Source: the human T2T-CHM13v2.0 reference genome, Homo sapiens
Reading direction: 5' to 3' (one strand)
Length of the DNA stretch: 64,000 nucleotides
Assembly: GCF_009914755.1 (NCBI RefSeq)
Contig: NC_060927.1
Both the position numbers and the translations under genes were made by a program. Position 1 is the stretch's first letter. Every line of letters begins with the position of its first letter. The notes beneath the pieces are model-generated. The model did no database searches, was not told where the DNA came from, and saw only the letters and a list, made by a program, of their open reading frames with translations. Shown here piece by piece: positions 27,254 to 41,257 of the stretch.

Positions 27254-27433
27254 AGGGTAGGATTGCCAGAGAAAAACAGGACATTCATCTAAATTTGGAT
27301 CTCCAATAAACAGTCATTTTTTAGGATAAATATGTCCCACATATTGCAGGTATACTTACACTGTGACATTCATTTCTCTGAAATTCAGATTTAACTGGGC
27401 ATCTGTGTTTTCACTGGACACCTAAATCTGGCA
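27254..27433. mobile_element. MER53 (palindromic hAT MITE)
   Basis: TTGCCAGA..ACAGGACA..AAATTTG ... GAAATTCAGATTTAACTGGGCATCTG..AAATCTGGCA. Confidence 0.7.
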
Positions 27434-28149
27434 GAAGGTATTGCTGTTACTTCTTCAAATTGGAACTGTGCTCCAGAGTCTTAATGCATAAATTGCCCTG
27501 AGATCTCATGCAGTCCAGCTCCTTCTTTTAGCAAATGTGGAAATTGAGATCCAGAGGCTGAGTGGTTACGTGTGGAATCGGATGATTCCTGATTCTGCAT
27601 TCCTTTTTATGCTTCTGAACGTGCAAAAATACACAGCCACCTTTTCATTGTCTTCTTTATCTTGGAGAGGTAGGGACGTCTACCACATTGACCACAACTC
27701 TTCATTGAGCCTTGGTTATGGGCAGTTTACATGGCAGGCCCTAGCCACCAGGCAAGTATCTGGTCACTCAGGGGATTAGCTAGGTCTCAAATTCTCAGGG
27801 TTCTGGAAGTATCATTCTGGACTGTAGCTGAAGGCCATGAGGCCACATAGCCAGGCTTTAGCACCTCCATTGAAATGCAGCCTTGTCAGAGCCGTCAGCT
27901 CCTGTGCTGATAGGGAACAATCACAGAGAAGCAGGCAAAAGCACAAAACTCTTCAGATGAAAAAGAATAAAAAATGATGAAGGGGAAGGAAAGAGTAACT
28001 GATGAGAAAAGATACTGCCACTTCTGACAACTGGAGGGGCTGAAGGGCCTAAATGCAGGGAAAAAGAGGGGTTCCACTGGGAGAGGCAAGTGGTACAACA
28101 AGATTTCATATCAGAATATTTTTTCTAAAATGAGGACTCTTAGACTGAG

Positions 28150-28325
28150 AAAGGACTCCCATGGGCCTCTTAGATTGATGAAGAGTCCCGTTGCTGGAGT
28201 CATTTTAAACCAGAACTGAACAAAGTGATTGAAAATAAACTGCAGGGAACACTTGCTTGGATATCTTCTGGGACAGACTTGATCATCTGATCAGTTTCTT
28301 CCTTCCCTCAATGCCTGTGAATCAC
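28150..28325 (+). mobile_element. Probable CR1/L3 LINE 3' end
   Basis: TTTTAAACCAGAACTGAACAAAG..GAAAATAAACTGCAGGGAACA..GACTTGATCATCTGA..TGTGAATC resembles a CR1 3'UTR. Confidence 0.45.
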
Positions 28326-29259
28326 TGGTTCATTTGAAAACATGATAGTTAAAACTCTCGTGGAACCAGAACTTGAGCATTTAATTGAAAGTAATTTTCA
28401 TACAAGTGAGGCATGGTCTAGAAATTCATTTGTTGTGTGTGTATGTAATTTTTTTTTAAGTCCGAGATAAGGCGAGCAACTAGTTTCAGAATCCTTACTG
28501 GGCCAAAGCTTTGTTTCAATCTTGTTATGCTCTTACTATTTCTAACCTCTAGTTGCAAATTATTTTTATGTGACACTTATGTCCATTTGACTTCATTTTT
28601 CTAACTAAATAGCTTTTCAGGAAATAGATCTCCTGACTTATTTCAGAGCTCTAAATAAATATCCAGAGTATCTGTGTACTATAAAAACATTATAAAAACT
28701 CCTCTATGGTGCTGATCCAAGGCATGAAAATTGCCCTCCTGGTGTTCTATGCCAAGCCTGGTTGACCTTCCCAATTTTTCTGCTACAAATCTGAAAAACA
28801 AGCTCAGCTGTCTGGAGAAACATCAGGCATAGGCATACATTAGATAAATGTTTGTGTTTTCCTTTCATCACGGACGACCTCGTAGGAGATGAATGACATA
28901 AACACTCTACCTGTTAGTAGACTTGGATTGCTGTCACATTATTTCCTGCATCAGTTCTAATACTCCTGGAAATAGATGTTTTTAAAGGCAATTTGGGCAG
29001 CAGTTATTATCTTTTGCTTTGCATCTTGCTTACCCTCCATGCAATGACTGACTAAATATTGTTGATTTTACTCTTTCTCCCGTAATCCTCTCCCCTGCAT
29101 CCCCACCTCTCTAGCCCCACTGGCACTGCCTACGGCCTCCCTACCTCCCATCTCCCTGCTGTCTATTGTATATGCTGCAGCTACGTTTAGCTTCCCAGAG
29201 CAGAGCCTTGATCCTATCGCTCTCCTGCTCAAAACCTGTCCATAGCTCCCTGTTTTCTA

Positions 29260-30180
29260 TGAGGCTTTCCCAAACATTAGTCATACCACCTCCATTATCT
29301 TTGCTATTTTCCCTTTCCATCTGTGCTGTGGTTTACTTCATATTTATCTTTAAATAGGCTCACTTAAAAAAAAATCTTAAATGTATTCTAAAGGGAAACT
29401 TTATCTCTAAGTAAATGGAAAACCAGTACCATCTATCATAATAGAAACTATAAAAATAAATGCAATGAAAACAAAAGTATTATCTTCCAGCAAGATAGTG
29501 TTGCCTGAGGCTCAAAGCCTGAAGCCTGATTTCTCTGTGTTTACAAAGGTGGGTGATGATTCAGTGACTGTTTGTCCCTCCAGATCTATTTTTCTCTCTT
29601 CTTCTTGTTGTCTGCCCAGGAGGCTGAGCCCGAGGACAGGTCAGTGAGTTCCCTTACTTTCTGGTTTCCAGCTGGCCTCAGCCTATGGCAGCCCAGCAGA
29701 GTCTAGGAAGGAGGGAACGATGGGTCCAGGGCTTTGTTCCCTGCCTCTCTCCCTGCAGGGTCACCACAGCCTGGCAGTATCCCCTGACAAAAGATTGCTG
29801 CCCATTTTAACATGGCTTGTTCTTAAACCCTCCCCTTGTCCCTTCAAGCCTGGAAATGGTGACAGCTCTCCCTTTACAAGCCCTGGGTCAGTGTGTTGCC
29901 CTTGTGGTTCCCCTGTACCCATACTTAGCTGATTGTCCCTTTATGACACCCACTTGGATTATCCTGCTTTGATAGGTCATACCTCTCCTGTGGAGACCCT
30001 GACTAGTATAATTATCATGGATTAGTTGTTATAGATAGACCCACATCAACTGAGACTTTCTCCTTGGCTTCATCAAAGATTGAAGGGGAATTGATAGGTA
30101 GGCGGTCTCTGTACCACCTTGCACCATGCATGTACACCAGTGAGTAACACGTGTGTTCCCCAATCTGGAGAATATCTTTC
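29260..30180. mobile_element. MER113-like hAT element split by LTR33, within L2 remnants
   Basis: GTAAATGGAAAACCAGTA..AAAAATAAATGCAATGAAAACAAAA; resumes ACTGAGACTTTCTCCTTG after the LTR. Confidence 0.6.
29557..30010 (+). mobile_element. LTR33-type ERVL solo LTR
   Basis: CCTCCAGATC..TGCCCAGGAGGCTGA..CCCTTCAAGCCT..TGGTGACAGCTC..GACCCTGACTAGTATA. Confidence 0.7.
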
Positions 30181-30595
30181 TATGGAATAAACCCCACCAT
30201 TCTTTGTGTAGGATTCAAGCTGGACTGGAGTGCCACTCAACTTTCCCATCCTATTTCCTTCCACACACTCTTGCTTACCGACAAATAACCATGCTATTTC
30301 CTGTTCTTGCCCCGTAATTTCCCAACTTTCGTCTGTATTTAGACCATTTATTCGGCTTAGAAAGAATACCTCCTCCATCTCCTCATTAAATCTGGTCACG
30401 GTTCTGATGTTGCCTTCTCCCTGAAGCCAACACTAATATGCTTGGCACTCTTAATATTGTCTTGACCTCCCCCAAACTCTGGGTATCATTCCCTCCATGT
30501 CTCCCATGGGGTGCAGGGTGGCAGAGGGTCAGACTTGCCCAGGCCCCTGGCTGAGCCTCACCTTGGAACCTTGCACATAGACCTTTGGCCTCTTT

Positions 30596-30877
<282 letters not shown>

Positions 30878-30994
30878 GACCTTTGGCCTCTTTAATCCAT
30901 CTCTGACACCCCATGGCCCTTACTCTGTGGAGGTCATCCTGTTCTAGCTTGTTTTATAATCGTGACTTTTCTCTTGGATTATACCAAAGCCCCA

Positions 30995-31130
30995 CGCATT
31001 CATTTATTCATTTAACACATAATGATTAAACCTACAAAGTACTGGGTGCATGCTAGGTGCTGAATAGATAGTGATACACGAAATAACCTGATTCCTAGGC
31101 CCAGGGAGCTTACTACCTGAAGAAAACTAT
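30995..31130 (-). mobile_element. L2 3' end
   Basis: CATTCATTTATTCATTTAACA..TGCTAGGTGCTG..AGGGAGCTTAC. Confidence 0.7.
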
Positions 31131-31294
31131 AGAAACCCTTTGAGACTACACCCTTTTCAAGAGAGGTATGAGCTCGAGAGTCCCCATCAATAATTTACTT
31201 GCACACACACATAATTGTATAGCAGCCACTGGTTTACAGTTTGTGATGAAAGTGCCCTAGTTGTTAAGAACATCCTTCCCTGGGAGATGGCCTC

Positions 31295-31530
31295 TGTGAG
31301 GGGCAGTAGAGGAGAATGGTTAAAAGGCAAGTCAGGCTGTACTCACAGCTCTGATCATTCACTTTCAGCAAACACAGCACCTCTGAGCCTTAATTTCCTT
31401 AGCTGTAAAATGGGTTTGTTCTCTCCATATACTTTTCTCAGAGGTTTGTGAGGAGTCAAAATACTGCCTACAAAGGTTTGTAATGGTGCCCATCACAAAA
31501 TAAGTGCTCAGTATGTATCAGTGGTGGTTG
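31295..31530 (+). mobile_element. MIR
   Basis: CCTCTGAGCCTTAATTTCCTTAGCTGTAAAATGGG..TAAGTGCTCAGTA. Confidence 0.75.
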
Positions 31531-32299
31531 TGAGGGGAGTGGCTATCAGCTTATGGAAGTCTAGACATTGGATCTCTAAATACAGGCAAGATTCGTATTT
31601 GCTTGGGACCATCTAGGTTCAACTCACACGGAAAATCTTCCAGGTGCCAGGGCAGTGATTGTAAACAAGCTGGAAGGAAAATACACAGTAAACACACCAG
31701 AGGAGGAGCTGTGGAAGGAGCTGGAAGGGGTTCTGAGCAAACAGGGACTGCCACAGCCTGAGGACAAGTCCACCCCAGAAACTCATATGTACGCTCTACT
31801 AAGATTCTGTTCTTGAAACATTTTCTTGTCTAGAAACACAGAGGATTATGTAGGTTCTCAACAGATATTTACTGCATTGAGTCCATTGTGTGTGCATAAC
31901 ACCACAGACCCAATTTAGGGATGGTGGTTGTTGTAAGTTTTATTAAAAATAGGCTATCATTCCTGCCTTAAGACAATTTCCAGCAGACACATTAATGTGA
32001 CTCATCTTTTTATCTTGATCAAAGGCAGGTAATTTATAACCCAGGGGACATTGTAGAAGTAACTACTATTTTTAAAATTACCAGAGGGCAGAAAAGTATT
32101 AGTTGGTGGGATTGCTTTGGGTCTTTCATCTTGGGTGACTAGATATACCTTCATTTCAAGGGGAGGAGGGTGGAGAGGACAAGAAGAGTCCCTATTCTGG
32201 CTTTCCAGAAAGAGCCTGTCTTCATGGAAGCCCATGGCTATACTTTGTGCTGCCCCTTTGTAAGAGGGAGAGACTGAATTTCCTCAATAAAAATCACAG

Positions 32300-32545
32300 C
32301 TGCCTCTTTAAACATCTACTTTGTGTGAGCAGAATTGAACAGATACTATATGACTTATTAGCTCTTTCTGACAAGAACCATCTGATGTAGGTACAGTTTT
32401 CCCCTTTAACACCCTAAGACCCTGAGGCCTAGAGAGTTCAAGTTCTTTGCCCAAGGTCACCCAACGGATGAATAGTGCAGGTGGAATCCAGATCCAGGTC
32501 TACTTGCCACCCAAGCTCACTTTTTATGCTATCTCACCTGCCTCT
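32300..32545 (-). mobile_element. MIR
   Basis: CTGAGGCCTAGAGAG..TTGCCCAAGGTCAC..ATCCAGGTCT. Confidence 0.7.
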
Positions 32546-34669
32546 CCAGACACTTCTATGGAAGGTATTTGGTTAGGTTGATTTGACATTGTAAGTATCT
32601 AATCACATATTCCCTGGAATTCTCTATTCACTGCCACTTAGAACAATGACTATTATTCTCAAGATACTTGAGGCCCCCTGCTGTACCCTAAAGAGTCCTA
32701 TAAAACATTAACAAGCAATCAATGAGAAAATTTGCATGTTTCAGTACAAGAAAGGGCTCTGAATCTCTTGTCATCACTCTTCTGTATCTCAGCACTGTCC
32801 ATGTTTGTTTTTATATTTGTTCGTCTGTTCACCAACCACCTCTCCAACTAGACGGTAAACTCCATGAGGCAGGAACCAAAACTGTGGTGTTCACCTGTCT
32901 ATACTGGGTGTGCCTAGCAATAAACATTTTCTGAATAAATAAATTCTCTCTGAATGGGTAATCTCCACGTAATGCGCATGATTTAAGTCTATTTACCAGA
33001 ATTTTTGAGCAAATAGTTCTATCCTTTTTGACACATTTTCCACAGTTTGTATAATTTATTCATAGAATCCTTCTTAGACTACTAATAAATTCCTATGGGA
33101 CATAGTCCTTTTATATGCGGAGGAATCCACCACCATGAAATGTTCACAAGAAATGACTTTTAAAATTTTATTTGTGGCCATGCTGATTATGAATTTCTGA
33201 ATTATGTCTGGGCTGCTCTTTTTCTCGGAATATGCAAAGTGGGATACTGGCATCTCTGTATCTGGAGACTTACAGCTTCTGAGTTAAAAGATGAATGGGA
33301 AGTAGCAGGAGAGGGAGAGATCAGAAATCTCCACTCCCTGAAACACAGACACTTCACATACCCAGGAGGTAAATTCCTGGCATGAATTGTAACAAGTATA
33401 CACAGGCATTTGTACATTGTTTGCTTATGTGCTAGATGACATGGCAGTCTATGAACAGGGGCCCCACATCTGCAGGCAGGACATTCAGCCCTGTGTCTTG
33501 CCACTACCATGAAATCTGAGGTTCTTTCATTTTTGTTTTTCTATTCTGATGAGATTGAGGTACACTGACTCACTGGTAAAGAAGACAATTTATTTGTGAA
33601 CTTGTAGTCACTCCATTTGACGGCCTCCCTCTACTCACTGAGGCACAGCACGTGTGGAACAGGAAAAAGGCCTCTGGAGAGCTTGTGTTCCACTGGTTTC
33701 TTTGACTTTTGCCAACCAACTTTGCAAATGTTCTCAAAAGGCATTCATTACCTCTGCAGGTGTGAAATAACTCTGCAGTTCAAGGGTTTGTGAAATCACG
33801 TGAAACAGTTGAAAGCTGTTCTGGCAAAGTGACCAGAGTCAGAGTTAGCTGTCACCAAGCCACATCCTGGCTTAAACGATGTTATTTATATCTAACTGCA
33901 CTCGACTCCTCCCAAAGCCTTCTGTTGAGCACCAAAACCTCACCACAGTTTCACTCTTAGCCTTTCTTTTGTGTGAAGACAAAAAAGGTTGCTTTTATAA
34001 ATCTCTGTTTGAGCCCAGATGGAGTGCATTTCATGCAGGAAAATGTTGCTTATAGTGAAGTGGATGAAATAATTGCTGGGATTTCTGGGCATGCTCCACA
34101 AACCCAGAAGACTGGAGGTGAACGGGCAGGGAGAAGAGATTCTGTTGCTTTCTCATTCCTTTATTTGTGACTCTCCCTGGAAAGAGGAAAATGTAGGCGT
34201 ATGTAGATCAATGTGTCATTACAAAGGCTCAGTGTTCCTAGTCATAAAATGGGAGGAAGAACAGTACCCACTTCCCAGAATTGGTGAGGACCCCTGAACG
34301 GGTGCATGCCAGCTTCTCGCACAGCCCCACCAGGTAATGAGCTCCACTGTGTAGCCATCACTACTCAGAGTTAATCCGTGAAAGAGTGTGTGGGAGGAGG
34401 ATAGGCCTTAGATTCCAAAGGGTGGAAATCAGTGAAAAGAGGCAGGATCTGATCATGCCTAGACCAGATGCTTCCAAGCCAGGCAGGCAATAGATGGTTA
34501 AAAGCCAAAATGCCTGCCCCTTTGGTGAAGGTTCTCATTGGTCTAAGGCATCCTGGCCAACTGACACATGATATCATGTAACGTGTTTTCCTGGGGCCCA
34601 GAAGCTTCTATGTGCAGCTTCTTTAAAGACCAAAACTGCAAGACTTTGAGTTTTGATATCTCAATATGA

Positions 34670-34880
34670 TTTTGAAAAAATCATGGTAAAATATATATAA
34701 CATAAAATTTACCATTTCTAAGTGTACAGTTCAGGGGTGTTAAGTATGTTTGCATTGTTGTGTACCCAACCACTTGAACTCTTCATCATGTAAAACTAAA
34801 GCTCTGTATCCATTACGTAAGTCCTTATTTCCCGTGGTTGCCAGGGAGCCCCTGACAACCACATCAGTTTGCTTTTTGAT
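34670..34880 (-). mobile_element. L1MB 3' tip
   Basis: TGGTAAAATATATATAACATAAAATTTACCAT..AAGTGTACAGTTCAG. Confidence 0.8.
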
Positions 34881-35959
34881 GACCTTATTATTTGTTTTAT
34901 ATATTTTTGTGATTTGTGTTTGTGGGAGTTTTTAAACAGGGGTGGGGTGGACGTAGATCTAGAAGTTTTGTATTTTAGTGACCTAAATATGAAATCTTTC
35001 TAGAGTGGCAAATAGAGATATTTATTTCTCATGTCTGCCCTGGAAATAGAATTAATTTGCCATTTCAGAAATGAACCACACTGCTTTTGTCAGACTTTTC
35101 AACCTCATTCCCACATTGGAAGGCTATATGGCTTGCTGGTGAGATAACAGCCATGGTTCGGCTGAATCACTGCATTAATGATTCTAAAATATTCCCATCT
35201 AATCCCCTGTAGCTGAAGAGGATAAACACATACTGGCAAGGACTTGACAGTATGGGGACTAGCAATAGGCAGTTTGTCAAATGCAAAAATGGTTTGGAAG
35301 GGTCAAGGTTTAGCTAAAAAAAAATTCAGGCAAACTTTTCATTTATCCATGTTTCCTTTAATATTTATATTAAAATTGTTTAGTTACCCTTCAAACACAT
35401 AAAACTTGTAAGTAAAATGGAGTCTGTAAGACGATCTATATTGTCCACATTTTCACTGACTCCCAGTATACCAATATAAAATATAACATATTTGAAATCT
35501 TAAATTATTAATCACCTTTTTACCCATGTTCAGATTAACTGGGTAATCTAAAAATAGGAGGGAGTACCTTATGTGCAATTTTTGGGAAAGTTCAGGAGCA
35601 TGCTCTTGAAGAATTGCTGATAAAGTGTATAATTGTCCCATGACCACCATCACATCCCAGGGGAGAGCCTTATGTTTGGTTAATAAAAGAAGGCAGGATC
35701 TGGTCTCTTTTTAAAAAGACTCCAGCCTTAATTATGATTCATTTATTTAAAGATAGCCTCTGCCACCTAGTCTTATCTTGGCTCTGAAAATAAACAAATA
35801 TCACATGCTTCCAACAGGAAAAGGTTTGAATGACCTTTATAACGCAATTTACCTTTGACTGGATAAGAAGAGATGTGCATTGTACTTTCCAACCACAGAG
35901 GTAAATTTCCAGCCCTCCTCCAGTGTACAGGATGAAGTAACACTAATTCTACCTAAGAT

Positions 35960-36689
35960 AACATTCTTCATTGAACACATATATACAGATGTCCTACTAT
36001 ATATTAGGTGCTAGGACTATAGCACTATCAACAAACTATTCTATCAAGGCCTTGGTCTGATAAGATTCACATTCTTGGGTGGGAAAAATATGGCAAAAAA
36101 GTGAATACATAAAATAATTTTAAAGACTGATATGTGCAACAAAGAAAATATATCCCAAGGGTATGACTGAGTTTGCCTGCTTTAATTGGGTGGTCAAGGA
36201 TAGCCTTTCTGAGGCGGTGACATTTAAATGATCTTTACAACAAGAAGAAGCCATCATGTGAATATGAGGGAGAAAAGATTTCTAGACAGAGGGAACTACT
36301 CATGCAAAGGCCTTGAAATAGAACCAGCTTGTTTTATTGTTTTGTTTTGAGAAGCCAAGAGAGTGGCAAGACAGTTAAATCTTGAAGAGGAAGGGCTTGT
36401 GAACTCAGGGCAGAAGAGAGATAGACAGAGGCTGGAACATGTGGGATCCCAAGGCAAAAAGTTTGGCATTCATACCAACAGCAATGGGAAACCCCTAACG
36501 GAGTTTGAGCAAGAGAGGCATGATGTGAAGTCTTTGAGATGACCATACTGCTAGCTCTGTAAAAACAGACTTCGGTAGTCATTTGGAAGACTCTTACACT
36601 TGTCCAGGTGTAAGAAATCCTGGCTTAGACTAAGGTGGCCACAGTGAGAAGGGAAGGAAATGGCAGAGCTCAGGATTTAACAGTAGAAC
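35960..36689 (-). mobile_element. L2
   Basis: TAGGTGCTAGG, GGGTGGTCAAGGATAGCCTTTCTGAGGCGGTGACATTT, AGACAGAGGGAAC..TGCAAAGGCCTTGA. Confidence 0.8.
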
Positions 36690-37135
36690 TATGATGGTTA
36701 ATTTCATGTTAACTTGGGTGGGCCACAGTGCCAAGATATTTGGCCATCCATTATCTGAGATGATTCCGTGAAAGTGGTTTTTTGGATGAGATTTATTTTT
36801 AAATGGGTAGGCTTTAAGCAAAGTAGATTATCCTCCATAATGTGGGTGGGTGTCATCCAATCAGTTGGTTTCCTTAGTAGAGCAAAAACTGACCGACCTC
36901 CTCTGAGCAAAAAGAAATTCTGCCAGCAAACTGCCTTTGGATTTGAGTTACAACTCTATCCTGGGGCTCCAGCCTGCTGGCCTAACCTGCCTTGCACCTT
37001 TAGAATTGCATGAACCAATTAATTAAATTATCTCTCTCTCGTTCTCTTTCTCCTTCTCCTCTCCCTGTCCCATCTCCCCCTGCCCCTCTGTATGCACATA
37101 CATCCTGTTGGTTCTGTTTCTCTGGAGAACCTTGG
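36690..37135 (+). mobile_element. MLT2 (ERVL) solo LTR
   Basis: TGATGGTTAATTTCATG..GGGCCACAGTGCC ... TGGTTCTGTTTCTCTGGAGAACC. Confidence 0.85.
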
Positions 37136-37176
37136 GATTCACTGATGGATCAGAAAGAGAGGAATCAAGTAATGCC

Positions 37177-37499
37177 CAGGGCACTGTCCAGTAGAAACAG
37201 AATACAAGCGATATATATATATGTATAAAAAGAACTTTAAGTCTTTTTAGCAGCCACATTAAAAACTGTACAAATAAACAGGTAAAGTTTTTATAACATA
37301 CAGTATTTTACTACACCAATATATCTAAAAACGTTATTTCAGTATATAATCCATAGGAAAATTATTCCTAAGACTTTTACATTCTTTTTATCATACTAAG
37401 TCTTTGAAACTCAGTGTATATTTTACACTTAAAGCCTTTCTCAATTCAGGCCAGCCCCATTCTGAAGCGCTCACTAGCCAATGTTTTGGGCGGTACAGG
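37177..37499. mobile_element. MER33
   Basis: GCACTGTCCAGTAGAA..TAGCAGCCACATTAAAAA..CATACTAAGTCTTTGAAACTCAGTGTATATTTTACACTTA. Confidence 0.8.
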
Positions 37500-38984
37500 T
37501 CTGGTTGGCCTCCTAGCTGAGCATACAAGAACCTAGCAGGTGTTCTGACCAGGCTTGAACCCTTTTATGCAGCAGTTTCCCTCTGAACAGGCAGGAAGGC
37601 TGTTCTTTTTGTCTCAAAAGGCAGAACTGTGAAAACTGCTATTCTCCCTTTGGTGACCTCCATATAAAAAGTTTCATGACTGTCTGTGAAGCCGGTGGGC
37701 CCATAGCTATGACTCTGCCCTTACAAGGGCTAGGCTTCCTCACTCAGAAGGTCATTCAGAAGATGAGGTCTTGGAGTCTCTTTCATCTATGTCTTCTCTG
37801 GAGTCTCGGTGTTTGTGAGTCATCTCTTGCCCCAGAGCCAGTAGCGGGCAACCAGTATCAATATAAAAAGAAACACAAGTAGACTATGTTTTTAAGCCAA
37901 ACGAAGGCAAATGACTCCATAGGATTTTGTAAACAGAGAGTTGGTTTGAACATGCCAAACTCACTAGAACAGACAAGTAGTAGGCATTCACAGTGCGAGT
38001 GGCTATTTCATTTAATAAAACATCATGTTTCATTAATTAATGTTAATTACATTGGTTTGGTAGGCTTGCTAATTTCTAATTTGTGTTCTTTGTGATGATA
38101 TAACAGCAGATAATATCATTATATTTTTATATTATCTAGGTCTCTGTAAAATTAGCTGACATTGGGAGTCCATGAGACAGTTCTTCCTTTTAAAGGGGGT
38201 CTTTAAATGTACCCACTCAACTAACTTTACCAACGGTTCAAAGTGGAAAATAGTTCCCAGAAGCTGAATGGGTAGATGCCCATTGTACCACCTACCATTG
38301 CTTGACCCCCGCCCATGAGCTGTTCCTTCATACTCATAACTAAAATGCCAAATGTGTGACTTGAGTAATTAACTAGAGACCTCCAGAAGGCTTTCCTTCT
38401 TATTCTGGGTACATTGATATTTACTTTAGTATTTGTTTTGCCTTTAAAGTCATGTTCCCTTTTGATTCTTTAATATCATATCCAAAACGAAGTCCTTTTA
38501 ACCTATAACAATGCAAATCAAAAGTGCTGTCTTTCAGCTACCTCAAGGATTTAGCAAGCGTTCCTGGAAATCTAACCAACCTTTTAAAAAGTATTTCTAT
38601 GGGAATGTATTTCTGAGCCCTAAATTATGGATTTTGAAACTAAAATAGAAGAATACTGTAAGTGCAAAACTTCCAGTAGATAACAGAATTTGCAAAATCT
38701 CTAATCTCTTGTATGTGCCCCAAGTAGTACTCTCTATAGGCCATTGGAACAGAACATCTGGCTTAAAATAATCTCAGCACCAAAAACGGTCTAACTATGG
38801 TCTCCACAACATAACCCGATGGTTCTCATATTTTAGATGCTTGATGCACAAGTTGAACTGGCTAACAATTCAGACTTCAGGACTTGACTCCCCTGGGAAT
38901 CTGCAGTTGTTTCCCTCCCCTTGAGTGAGACTGACTGTTGGGAGTAGAATAACCGCATGCTCTGGGTCAGAATGCCTGGCCCTT

Positions 38985-39210
38985 CAGAGTAACGGCAGCC
39001 ATGATCGCTGAGCTCCTACTGTGAGGCACATACTTCGCCACACTAACACATGGAATCCTTGCAAGCTCCTTACATAATCAGTATTTTATGCACATTGCAA
39101 ATGAGAATACTAAGGCTCAGAAGAGGCAAGCTCCTCTCCCACTGTTAAACAGCTAGTGATGAACAGAGCTGGGACCTAAACTTGTCTGATTTCCCACACT
39201 GCTGCTCCAT
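38985..39210 (-). mobile_element. MIR
   Basis: TTGCAAATGAGAATACTAAGGCTCAGA..ACAGCTAGT..CAGAGCTGGGA. Confidence 0.65.
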
Positions 39211-40041
39211 CAGATTGTTTGCCAGGTTAAGGATTCATGCCAGGACCTTAAATCCCTCTGAATCGACAGAGCTAACCTAAAGGGCACCTTGATTTCAGGT
39301 TTTGTTCCCAAACCTATGACTGTGGCCTGGCCACATAATGAAGACCCGGTTGGTTCTAGCTTCACAATGAGCTCATTGGCATTGTCCCCACAACCACCAC
39401 CCCCTCTCCACCTCTGATCATCCACTATCATTTCTATATGGCCTTTGCCAGGCTTGTCCTCATATCAAAGCTTCTGCCCTCTATGTTTAAATGCATAAGC
39501 TTGACAAATGTTTTCATTTGAGAAGGCAAGCTGCCTCCCCGTGCTTGGTCTAATGTGAGCTTGGTAGAGTGACACTGCTGGATTCAGTTTTAGTCATCAA
39601 CACTTCCAGCTGATGCTGATCTGAGTAATTGTCCTATTTAGACTCTGACAGGTGAAAGTCATAGATTCAGGAAACGGAGACTCCCCTCACCCTGCTATGA
39701 AGGGGAGTTTGAGAGGGTTGGGCAGCTCTTCCCGGCAGTGGCAGGCAGTGTGGGGACACACGTATGGTTAAATTGTTAATGCTCTTGAAATTACCCCTAT
39801 TAGATGAGACCTAAAGAAGCCTAACTAGGCATCACTCTAGTGCTGCTAGGAATCATGTTATCTGGTCTGCTGGCAACTCACATTGAATAATAAGTGGATG
39901 TGTCTCAAGATGCCTATCTGTAAATAAGATGAACATCCAACCATGAATATAAGCCATAAAGATCTAGAGGCAAATTTACAAAATACACTCATCTAAAATT
40001 AAGACAATGACAGGGAGGTATCTTTGAGAAGTGTCCCATGT

Positions 40042-40571
40042 TGTGATGGTTAATTTTGTATGTCAAGTTGACTGGGCCACAGGGTGCCCAGATTAAACAT
40101 TATTTCTAGGTGTGTCTGTGAGGATGTTTCCAGATAAGATTAGCATTTGAATTGGTAGACTCAATAAAATAGATGATCTTCCCCAATATGGGTGGGCATC
40201 ATCCAGTCCGCTGGGTGCCTGAATAGAACAAACGGCAGAGGAAAGGGAGAAATTCACTCCTTTTTTTCTACCTCATTGCTTGACTGTCTCATCTCATCTT
40301 CCCTTATCCTCAGACTGGGATTTATACCATTGGCTGCCATGGCTCTCTAGTGTGTGGACTTGGACTGAATTACATCACCAGCTTTCCTGAGTCTCAAGGT
40401 TGCAGACAATAGTTTCTGGGACTTCTCAGCCTCCATGGTATACATCAATTCTTCATAATAAATCTCCATATATATCTCTCTAGAATGATCTATAAACCTG
40501 TTAGTTATATCTGTATATCTCTGTCTGTACCTCTATCCTATTGGCTGTGTTCTCTGGAGAAGCCTGATGCA
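40042..40571 (+). mobile_element. MLT2B-type solo LTR
   Basis: TGTGATGGTTAATTTT..GTCAAGTTGACTGGGCCACAGGGTGCCCAGAT; TSD CATGT/CGTGT. Confidence 0.9.
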
Positions 40572-41257
40572 CGTGTGTTATCAATCCCTGCCCTATGAAT
40601 AGAATCTGCAGGTGGCTGATATGTTTGCATGGCCATCTTTTTATCTAGTAATGATCAATCTGAGTAACAGTGAAGATCTGCTGGGGAAAGAGATGGGGGA
40701 GGAGGGGAGACAGGTAAATTAGTGGTATATTTGTTGTGATTCAGGTGTTATAATAATGCAGCATTCAACTTATTGCTCTAATTGTATTTAAACTGAGATA
40801 AGACCAAACCTCAACCATGTGGCATTTTCTCACATTCATAGGTTTAATGTTAACTTCAAAAAGTAAAAGTGGTATACCATGTAACTTCAAGCAATGCTCC
40901 CAACCATAGCCAAGAACTGCAGATTCTTGGCTATGAATAATAATTCACAATAATACTATGACTTTCAGAGTATTTGACTGAAGAACCTAGGGATTTATGA
41001 CAGCATATTTTTCTCCATTCTCAACAGTAAGCTGTTTGCTCAATTATTGAACACCTTCACAAGAGAAATCAAACCTCCTGAGTTTCAGATAAATCTAGTT
41101 ACTCTTCACGTTAGACACATGAACCTCTTCCACTTGATTTGATTCTTCCTTTTCTGCATCAGTTATTCAGTTCCTCTGCTGAAATTCCCTTTATCATATG
41201 ACTCACTTACTATTGTCCCTCTTATTTTCTAATAATCTGTTGCAATTCATCAGCGCC

